In this document: one piece after another, positions 56,913 through 64,000 of the stretch
How positions within the stretch are numbered: position 1 is the first letter of the stretch
Layout: every line of letters starts with the position of its first letter
Assembly: GCA_029260965.1 (NCBI GenBank)
Contig: JAJDCG010000001.1
Location: 184,012-248,011, forward strand
Length of the DNA: 64,000 bases
Direction: 5' to 3'
Origin: Candidatus Levyibacteriota bacterium
Lineage (GTDB): Bacteria; Patescibacteriota; Microgenomatia; Levybacterales; UBA12049
Notes under the pieces: model-generated
Database searches by the model: none
Told to the model about the DNA's origin: nothing
Seen by the model: only the letters and a program-made list of their open reading frames with translations
Position numbers and translations under genes: made by a program

Positions 56913-57848
56913 TTAAGAATAAATTATCAAAATCACAAGAGCTGCCCATACGACAACTGACGTGAGAAGAGCTCTATCTGAGAATAGTACTCTCTCTGGA
57001 GATTCTCCTTCCTGGTTTTCATAAATCCTCTGGAGGTAGCGCATGATTCCATATACTACAGGAATAATTGTTATCATCAGCCATTTTTTCTGAAGGTAAT
57101 TACCCAATATTTCAACAGGTAAGATATCAAATGGAAAAAGATATCCTTGTGGATTTACAAGAAATGTGAACAATGAATAGAAGACAAAGGTTGAGGTTGC
57201 AAATATTGAAAGATATACGTCAAGGAGTTTTTCTGAGTAATGAGATAAAGTAATCCTTATTGTTTTTACTTTTGATACTGAGGATCTGGCAAGAAGAGAA
57301 AGTTCTGAACGCCTTTTTCCAATAGCAAGGAAAAGTGACAGTGCAATTGTTGTGAGTAGAAGCCATGCTGAAATATGAAAGCTTGTTGTTACTTCTCCAG
57401 CATAAACTCTGAGTATATATCCTCCTGCTAGTGTAAGTATGTCAAGTATCTCAATGTTTTTTAGAAATGCAGAATACGCAATATGCATAGAAAAGAAAAT
57501 GATTGTTATGAGAAAAAATCCTGGTGCGACAAAATAGCTTGTAAATATTGCCCCAAAAGCTAGGATCATGGCTATGATAAATGCATTCTTAATAGATATA
57601 TCTTTATTGGCAAGTGGTCTGAATTTTTTGAATGGATGGACTCTGTCTTTTTCTACATCAAAAATGTCATTTATTATATAGATTGATGATGAGATGGCGC
57701 AGAAAACCAAGAATCCCAGGAAGACATTTTGCAGTATAGCTAGATCAAAGAGTCTTCCGCTGAAAATAAGTGCCGCGAAAATAGCAAAATTTTTGATCCA
57801 CTGCCTTGGTCTTAAAAGTCTCAAGATGTTCCGCATTTTTTTATTCAT
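56913..57848 (-). CDS. UbiA-family prenyltransferase (decaprenyl-phosphate phosphoribosyltransferase-like)
   Basis: 311 aa polytopic. LRPRQWIKN start. Asp-rich motif NDIFDVEKD. Confidence 0.8.
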   Translation of the reverse strand: MNKKMRNILRLLRPRQWIKNFAIFAALIFSGRLFDLAILQNVFLGFLVFCAISSSIYIINDIFDVEKDRVHPFKKFRPLANKDISIKNAFIIAMILAFGAIFTSYFVAPGFFLITIIFFSMHIAYSAFLKNIEILDILTLAGGYILRVYAGEVTTSFHISAWLLLTTIALSLFLAIGKRRSELSLLARSSVSKVKTIRITLSHYSEKLLDVYLSIFATSTFVFYSLFTFLVNPQGYLFPFDILPVEILGNYLQKKWLMITIIPVVYGIMRYLQRIYENQEGESPERVLFSDRALLTSVVVWAALVILIIYS

Positions 57849-58908
57849 TATTTTTGTCTATTACCGAATGTAAAAAAACAAGTATGCCACTAGCGATTAC
57901 CAGCATCATAACTACTGCAAATACTTTACTTCTACTGCTTATTGTTAAAGAAATTAAACCTAATATAGCAGAGATAGACCAATAAAACAACGCAACTTGC
58001 CTCTGGGTATAGCCAAGTTTCAAAAATAAATGATGTAGATGTTTGTTGTCACCATGGAAGGGAGATTTTTTATTGGCAATTCTTCTGATGATTGTAAATA
58101 CGAAATCAACAAGAGGAACACCCATTACAAGTACAGCAGTTGCTAGTTTAGCGCCTGAAAGTATAGATGCGATGCCGAGAAGAAGGTAGATGCTTGTTGC
58201 TCCGTATCCAGGAAATATTTTTGCAGGATGAAAATTGAAAAACAGAAAACCGATTGCAGAGCCTGCTATTATGAAAGAAAGCTGAGCGTCAAGAAAGTTT
58301 GAATCTGGATTCAGTCTGAGACTTAGTATTCCAATTACTATTGCAGAAATAGCCACAATTCCTGGCATTTGCCCATCAACACCCTTGCTCCAGTTGATCA
58401 TGTTCATGATCCAGATAAGCCAAAGAACTGAAATTATGTCTGATATAGGAATACTAATAAATGGCAAAAAAATACTATCAAGACGCAGAATCCCACCAGT
58501 GAAAGGATTGGTAATGAAGCTGATTGTAACACCGCTTATGACAACAATCGATGCAGTGAGAATGTTAAATAATAAACGAATGTATGGTGACAGGTCTCTT
58601 GATTGAGCGTTAAGCTTGTCGTCGATAACACCAATCAAAAGAGCAATAAAAGAGGCAGCATAGATTGAAATTGTTTGTTGATTTATTGGCAAAAAAACAA
58701 TGCCTGTAATAAAAGCGCCTAAAAAAAGAGGTATTCCACCACCCCTTGGTATTGGTTTTTTATGAATAATTCCTGGATGCTTATGTTTTTTGGGATCATC
58801 AACAAGACCCAATTTTTTGATAATAGGTATTAAAATAGGGGTTATGAGTGTGGTAATAAATAGTGCTAAGATAAATGGTGCGAACGGAATGTTTAGGAAA
58901 TTATACAT
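57841..58908 (-). CDS. Glycosyltransferase family 4 polyprenyl-phosphate sugar-1-phosphate transferase (MraY/WecA-like)
   Basis: 355 aa, ~10 TM. GLVDDP..., PRGGGIP, and IDD motifs characteristic of the MraY/WecA family. Confidence 0.8.
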   Translation of the reverse strand: MYNFLNIPFAPFILALFITTLITPILIPIIKKLGLVDDPKKHKHPGIIHKKPIPRGGGIPLFLGAFITGIVFLPINQQTISIYAASFIALLIGVIDDKLNAQSRDLSPYIRLLFNILTASIVVISGVTISFITNPFTGGILRLDSIFLPFISIPISDIISVLWLIWIMNMINWSKGVDGQMPGIVAISAIVIGILSLRLNPDSNFLDAQLSFIIAGSAIGFLFFNFHPAKIFPGYGATSIYLLLGIASILSGAKLATAVLVMGVPLVDFVFTIIRRIANKKSPFHGDNKHLHHLFLKLGYTQRQVALFYWSISAILGLISLTISSRSKVFAVVMMLVIASGILVFLHSVIDKNNE

Positions 58909-59261
58909 TAGCTTATAAGGTAAATTGTACGGGATGCAAAAATAAAAGAAAGTATTGATATCAGCAATGTTGTTATGGCGGTAATACGTGCAAGTAGGGG
59001 ATTTTTTTCATAAATCCTCACAATGAAATAGAAATTTCCGAAAAAAATAACAAGTGCTAGACCAGCAGGTAAGAAGATGCCGATCCTTGGCGAAATCCTT
59101 GCCTCCCCCCAAGGGAGCTGGTTAAAAAGCGGAATAAAAGGCTGAAGTGAGAAGTAAAATATTAGAATATATATTGTTTCAAAAAGAAGAAGTCCGCTTG
59201 AGAATACAAGTCCCCATTTGACTATCTTGTCAGCAAAAATAACTTTAGTTGTTTCGTTCAT
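58908..59261 (-). CDS. Small 4-TM membrane protein (GtrA-like?)
   Basis: ORF between the GT4 and GT-C genes. Start moved to an internal Met (MNETTKV) to limit overlap with the upstream gene. Function not supported by motifs. Confidence 0.45.
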   Translation of the reverse strand: MNETTKVIFADKIVKWGLVFSSGLLLFETIYILIFYFSLQPFIPLFNQLPWGEARISPRIGIFLPAGLALVIFFGNFYFIVRIYEKNPLLARITAITTLLISILSFIFASRTIYLIS

Positions 59262-60744
59262 ATATGTCTGTTCCTTCAAAAGAAAAAACGAGTGAGTAAT
59301 TGGATAGTGCAAAAGGAAACATTGAGGATTCTTTTAATATGACGATATATTTAGGACGTTTTTTAAATATTGCAATTTGCGTTTCGCGCAATGCGTTTGG
59401 ATACTGTTTTATGTGATAAGAAACAGTATATCTGCCCGGTGGCGTTTTGTCTGATAACGCGTATATTTGTGCACTATCTCCCCATATGAAGATACTATCA
59501 TCCGGACGAGAGTGCTGCCTAATAAAAGAAGAGATGATATAGTCTCTGGGAGTTTTTTGATCAAAAAACGATTTATAGCTCTCCACACTTTTTTGGTTAG
59601 TTAGGAACATGAACGCGTTTTGATAGTAATCTAAGGATTTTTTAAAATTGGGCTTGAATGTAGAACCGATTATTAAAATTATTATTGCAAAAAATAAGAC
59701 CAGGTATGGTCTTATTTTAGTTTCTTTTGTTGAAACAATTAATCCAAAAAGTATCAAAAATGCTGGTAATCCAAGAAGTGCATAATGTGTGTATGGGCGG
59801 CCTGAAAAGAACACGCTAAACATAGAAAATCCGAGCCAGAGTGTTGAGAATATCAGCGGTTTGCTAAGGCTTCCCCTTTTTGAATAGGTGATATAAACAA
59901 GAATTGATAAGAGTAGCAACTTAAAGATCAGAAAGCCTTGGGGGATCAGGAGGGCGTTTTTCCAACCAACATAATTGATGTTGCTAACCAGTGTTGCTTT
60001 TATGAAATCGGACAAGGCATTGTTCGCTGCGAAGTAAATGATGGTTATGCTAAGAGGTAGAAGGAATCCAGATATAAATGGTAGAAGTTTTTTTATTGCT
60101 TTTTTAACGACGTCTACCATTTTATTTTTGGGAAGCTTTGTCGGTAAGTTCACTATGAGCATGAAGATCAAGAATGCTCCGAAGTCAAATATTGCTACAG
60201 TTTTGAATAGGAATGCAAGACCCAGAAGTAATCCTCCCAAGAATAATTGATTTGAATTTGTGATTTTTTGATTTTTATTATTTGCGAGTTTGTATACGAT
60301 TAGTGCAGCAGTAATTACAAAAGGCAACATGAAATTCTCCGCATTTGCTATGTTTCCTTCAAGAACCGGAAGTCCAAAGAGGATTACAAACAGCGATGAT
60401 GCCATAATAGATGACTTTAGATTTCTAAACACAGATCTGCATAGATAAAAGAATGAGCTAATGGCGATAATCCCTGTAAATAGAGATAATAGTCTGACAT
60501 GGAACTGATTGCTATCAAATAGCGCATAGGTCGTATATAAAAGAGGAGGTTTGTTATCAAAAATTTGTGAGTAAAGAAGGCGACCATCATTTATGGCAAT
60601 TCCGATTACTTGATATATTCCTTCGTCTCCATACCAATGAGGTTCAATAAGGGACGGTAATCTTAGGATGAAAAATATAACGGTAGCGATAAGAAGAAAC
60701 CAAAATGATTTGCTATTTTCAATTTTTGTTAATAGTTTTTTCAT
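59245..60744 (-). CDS. GT-C fold glycosyltransferase (ArnT/PMT-like, GT39/83 family)
   Basis: 499 aa polytopic. N-terminal loop YGDEGIY (the DE motif of GT-C mannosyl/arabinosyl transferases). Confidence 0.75.
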   Translation of the reverse strand: MKKLLTKIENSKSFWFLLIATVIFFILRLPSLIEPHWYGDEGIYQVIGIAINDGRLLYSQIFDNKPPLLYTTYALFDSNQFHVRLLSLFTGIIAISSFFYLCRSVFRNLKSSIMASSLFVILFGLPVLEGNIANAENFMLPFVITAALIVYKLANNKNQKITNSNQLFLGGLLLGLAFLFKTVAIFDFGAFLIFMLIVNLPTKLPKNKMVDVVKKAIKKLLPFISGFLLPLSITIIYFAANNALSDFIKATLVSNINYVGWKNALLIPQGFLIFKLLLLSILVYITYSKRGSLSKPLIFSTLWLGFSMFSVFFSGRPYTHYALLGLPAFLILFGLIVSTKETKIRPYLVLFFAIIILIIGSTFKPNFKKSLDYYQNAFMFLTNQKSVESYKSFFDQKTPRDYIISSFIRQHSRPDDSIFIWGDSAQIYALSDKTPPGRYTVSYHIKQYPNALRETQIAIFKKRPKYIVILKESSMFPFALSNYSLVFSFEGTDIYERNN

Positions 60745-60790
60745 GATTTAACAGATTTTTTGACTTGAATAGATCAGGAAGACAAAAAAT

Positions 60791-62284
60791 CTAAACTTTT
60801 TCTGTCACCTTATATTCAAGTCTCTTATTAAACATGAGTTGAGTGTGGGATATAAGAGCCGGGAGTGCTGAGAGGAAAAAACCCACAAGAGGCATGAGTA
60901 GGAATTCAAATGGAAAAAGAATTTTACGACTGAGACTCAGGTTTTGATTTGCAGGTCTAATTTTGTACTCTAGATACATCATGCCAAGCAGCGCTAGTGT
61001 ACAGAAGCTGAGGATAAATCCCGCCAATTGCGGTAGTTGAAAGCCTAGTGATGTTCTGGAGAAAACTGGATTTAAAAATGCCATTATATTGGCAGCAACG
61101 GTTATGATAAACCAATTGGTCGGCCAGAGAATGTGATCGAGAAATACATTGAATGTGAGAACAGTCTTTTTATAAAAAGGAACTCCGGGTACTGTAAACC
61201 ACCATTTTATAAATAATGGGTTGTCTGATACGCCCCATGACCAACGTCTTTCCTGGGAGTATTTATTTTTAAGACTTTTCATATATGTTGTCGAGTGGGC
61301 AGCATCCATGGATGTTCTCAGGAAGATCGGATCGACCGTAACGCGACCTTTGGTTTTGAAGAATGCTTTGAAGAAGATTCGATAATCCTCTGGTATAACA
61401 TCCACATCCCAGTACCCTATCTTTTTCAAAAGCTTAAATGACAGTGAGTAGGTGGCATGAGTGGTGAGTCTGTCTTTTTGAATAAGCAGAGCTGTTCTCC
61501 AGAGACTGCCAAAGAATGAAATTATGCGGATAGGGGATGGTACTTTCCATATATTGTTGTAGTAAACAACAGCAGATTGCCAGAATCTATAGTGTCTTTC
61601 TGGACTTTTAAGAAATGCATGACTCAAAAAGGCAAAGTGTTCTTTGTGAAATATTGAGTCAGCATCAACTGATGAAACAGTTGCGTAGTCAAGATCAAGT
61701 TTCCCATCAACAAAAAGTTTTTTGTAAGCAACTCGTCCAGCGTATGCTTCATTTGAGGATTTACCTTTTACTTCACCTTCTACGTCAGGATGAAAGGTCA
61801 CGAAAAGACTTCCAAATTTTCCTTTAAATCTTTTTAAGAGAATTTCTGCTCTTTCTTTTGCTTCATGCTCCCGTTCTTCCATTGCGAGGATGATGTGAAT
61901 ATATTTCTTGGGAAGCGATTGTCTCGTTAAGGCTTCAAGGGTGGTACCAACCTTTGCAGCGCTTTCACCAAAATTTGGAATTACAAGTACATGATGGACT
62001 TTGTCAAAGTCTTTGAGTTTTTTTGCTTTAATATACCAGTTTTTTTCCTCTGCTGCCTTTACCTTTTTTGCGGCCAGAGATGTTAAGATTATTAGAGATA
62101 TAGATTTATATAGCCAGTACATATCGAAAAAAAGTATGAAGTAGGCAGTGGCTGTCGGGAGAAATAGAGACCCCCAAATTGGAGACAATACAATTGTCCA
62201 TACGAGCATTCCTGGTAGAAGTTCAAGAGTTCTTCTGGTTTTTATAGGGTAGCGTGTAAAGATTTTTTCAAAAAAGCTAGTCAT
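60791..62284 (-). CDS. Membrane-embedded family-2 glycosyltransferase (processive, cellulose/chitin-synthase-like)
   Basis: 497 aa. VLVIPNFGE, DAD (VDADSIF), and QERRWSWG (the Q-x2-RW motif). Flanking TM helices. Confidence 0.8.
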   Translation of the reverse strand: MTSFFEKIFTRYPIKTRRTLELLPGMLVWTIVLSPIWGSLFLPTATAYFILFFDMYWLYKSISLIILTSLAAKKVKAAEEKNWYIKAKKLKDFDKVHHVLVIPNFGESAAKVGTTLEALTRQSLPKKYIHIILAMEEREHEAKERAEILLKRFKGKFGSLFVTFHPDVEGEVKGKSSNEAYAGRVAYKKLFVDGKLDLDYATVSSVDADSIFHKEHFAFLSHAFLKSPERHYRFWQSAVVYYNNIWKVPSPIRIISFFGSLWRTALLIQKDRLTTHATYSLSFKLLKKIGYWDVDVIPEDYRIFFKAFFKTKGRVTVDPIFLRTSMDAAHSTTYMKSLKNKYSQERRWSWGVSDNPLFIKWWFTVPGVPFYKKTVLTFNVFLDHILWPTNWFIITVAANIMAFLNPVFSRTSLGFQLPQLAGFILSFCTLALLGMMYLEYKIRPANQNLSLSRKILFPFEFLLMPLVGFFLSALPALISHTQLMFNKRLEYKVTEKV

Positions 62285-62327
62285 TTTTTTGTATAAAAAA
62301 TAAAGTATGAAATTTTAGAATTGAGAC

Positions 62328-63134
62328 TTACTTTAATTTGCTAAATAATTTCTTAGTATTTTTGTTTGTTTGTTGTTCAAATTCCTCAAACGATATGCCT
62401 TTTAAATCAGCTATATATTGTCCAGTAATTATAGCATATCGGGGTTCATTTCTCTCTCCCCTGTGGGGTATTGGTGTAAGGTAGGGACTATCTGTCTCAA
62501 TGACAATTCGATCAACTGGTGTTATTTTAGCCAGTTGAGGTAGGGCAATCGTCTCGCCGGGTGCAACTCCTTTGTAGGTAATGTTGCCATCAAACCCGAT
62601 ATAAAATCCTAGCTCGAGTGCATCTTTAAGAACTTGTTTTGATCCAGCAAAGCAGTGAAACATGCCCGGCGCGTTTTGTAATTTATGTTTGTTCGTTTTT
62701 AAAATCTTAATTACATCTTCTCCAGCATGGCGATTATGGATCTGAAGAGGAAGTTTTAATTTGTTGGCAAGATCAATTTGTGCTTGAAAAACTTCTTTTT
62801 GCAGAACGGGATCAACGATCCCATTTGATGAATATGAATAATAATCAAGTCCTATTTCTCCAATTGCCAGAGTTTTTGGATTTTGGCAAAGTTTTTCAAG
62901 TTTCTCAAGCCAATCTGATGGGAGATCAATCTTGTCCGCATGATGCGGATGTACGCCGACTATTGCAAAAAGATTTTTATAGTTATTGGCTAATTCCACA
63001 GCTTTTTCACTTGATGAAACTTGCGTCCCGACATTGATGATTTTGGTAACGCCCGCACTAAATGCTTTTTTGATTACATTATCAAAGTCCTCTTCAAATT
63101 TATGAAAGTTGAGGTGAGCGTGAACGTCTATCAT
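62328..63134 (-). CDS. tatD: TatD-family metal-dependent DNase/hydrolase
   Basis: 268 aa. MIDVHAHLN N-terminus, and GEIGLDY, HCF and ETDSPYL motifs. Confidence 0.9.
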   Translation of the reverse strand: MIDVHAHLNFHKFEEDFDNVIKKAFSAGVTKIINVGTQVSSSEKAVELANNYKNLFAIVGVHPHHADKIDLPSDWLEKLEKLCQNPKTLAIGEIGLDYYSYSSNGIVDPVLQKEVFQAQIDLANKLKLPLQIHNRHAGEDVIKILKTNKHKLQNAPGMFHCFAGSKQVLKDALELGFYIGFDGNITYKGVAPGETIALPQLAKITPVDRIVIETDSPYLTPIPHRGERNEPRYAIITGQYIADLKGISFEEFEQQTNKNTKKLFSKLK

Positions 63135-63207
63135 ATATTTAGATTTACTATTTAAGTAGTATGATTAAAGAAAATTTCATAAATCTTAAGTCATACGTTT
63201 TAAATCT

Positions 63208-64000
63208 TTATGCGATTCTAGGAAATAACGGTTGACCTGAAACTATCTCCGGGCCTTTGAATTGCTCTGCTATTTTTTCAGAGGTTTCAGGCATGAATGG
63301 TGTCAAAAGTATCGCAATTTCCTGTATTTGATCAACACAGTGAGCAAGAATGCTCTTGCATCTGTCAACATCTGTTTTTGCAAGTACCCAAGGTTTTTCT
63401 TCATTTATAAATTGATCTACCCTGGTGATTTTTTGCCAGATAAAAAATAAAGCTTCGTTAAATTTGTATTCGTTGATTGCATTTGTGTAGCCTGAGCTGT
63501 CAGAGACATGCTCGATTGTGTTTTTTGTGGTTTTCATTTGTTTGTATTCGACTGACTCACAGAGTTTGGCAACTCGGGAAACCAGATTTCCAAGTCCGTT
63601 TGCCAGATCGGAGTTGTAGGCTTCTTTTAATCTTTCCTCAGAAAAATCCCCGTCACTGTATGGTGAAAATTTGGCTAGAAAATAATAGCGAATAGTGTCA
63701 GCTGTATATTTATCAGCAAGTGCGATTGGGTTAACTACATTGCCAAGAGTTTTGCTCATTTTTTTTCCATCAACAGTAAAGTATTCATGAACAAAAATTC
63801 CCTTTGGTAGATCAAGTCCTGCAGACATCAGAATAGCTGGCCAGTAAATTGCATGAAATCGGATAATACCTTTTCCAATCACATGAAGATCAGCAGGCCA
63901 CCACTTGTTGTATTTTTCATCCTGAGTTCCAAAACCTGTACCGCTCTGATAGATATTTAAGGCATCAAACCAGACATACATTCTTTGATTATCATCACCA
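63208..64000 (-). CDS. metG: Methionyl-tRNA synthetase, C-terminal part (5' end beyond window end)
   Basis: KMSKTLGNVV (KMSKS) motif and anticodon-binding helical domain. The reading frame stays open to the window edge. Confidence 0.9.
   Translation of the reverse strand, partial: GDDNQRMYVWFDALNIYQSGTGFGTQDEKYNKWWPADLHVIGKGIIRFHAIYWPAILMSAGLDLPKGIFVHEYFTVDGKKMSKTLGNVVNPIALADKYTADTIRYYFLAKFSPYSDGDFSEERLKEAYNSDLANGLGNLVSRVAKLCESVEYKQMKTTKNTIEHVSDSSGYTNAINEYKFNEALFFIWQKITRVDQFINEEKPWVLAKTDVDRCKSILAHCVDQIQEIAILLTPFMPETSEKIAEQFKGPEIVSGQPLFPRIA

Noticed and set aside
1-64000. CRISPR arrays, transposases, integrases or prophage genes
   Set aside because: No regularly spaced direct repeats, no Cas, transposase or integrase-like ORFs were seen. 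The only exact repeat found is the 26-mer pair at 54115/54612.

Overview
This window reads as a small, AT-rich bacterial genome, and the gene content (no L30, dense short genes, ribosomal-protein tails) suggests a CPR/Patescibacteria-like organism; that lineage call is inference.

Positions 2.8–21 kb hold an almost complete co-directional ribosomal supercluster: tuf, the S10 operon, the spc operon, secY-adk-cmk-map-infA-rpmJ, and the alpha operon through rplM-rpsI. No rpmD (L30) lies between rpsE and rplO.

Several ribosomal proteins are atypical:
- L3, L22, L17, L29 and S9 carry low-complexity extensions.
- The S14 gene (rpsN) is the short Zn-binding type Z form.
- uL24 carries a C4 zinc-ribbon-like motif.

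Downstream of the cluster the window contains:
- A two-gene hypothetical module (102 aa plus a 688 aa tail-anchored coiled-coil protein).
- recA, a tRNA-Pro(GGG) and recX.
- RNase Y and HU.
- An ABC ATPase followed by four tandem permease paralogues.
- A bacterial type-A RNase P RNA in the intergenic gap at 34.7–35.1 kb, a region the ORF track cannot show.
- A UvrD-type helicase fused to a Cas4/AddB-type Fe-S nuclease.
- rmuC, tsaD, a VanW-family protein and greA.
- A two-subunit ATP-citrate lyase operon (aclB-aclA), unusual for an organism of this apparent type.
- murB.
- A class-I lysyl-tRNA synthetase fused to a C-terminal B3/4-like domain, preceded by a terminator/antiterminator-like leader.
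- A TrpR/YerC-like gene bracketed by two identical 26-bp palindromic repeats.
- rdgB.
- An alpha/beta-hydrolase gene interrupted by an in-frame TAG.
- A lipid-linked glycan locus (UbiA prenyltransferase, MraY/WecA-like GT4, GT-C and GT2 genes).
- tatD and the 3' part of metG.

I saw no CRISPR array, transposase or integrase. The genetic code appears standard, since TGA, TAG and TAA all terminate genes with well-supported ends.
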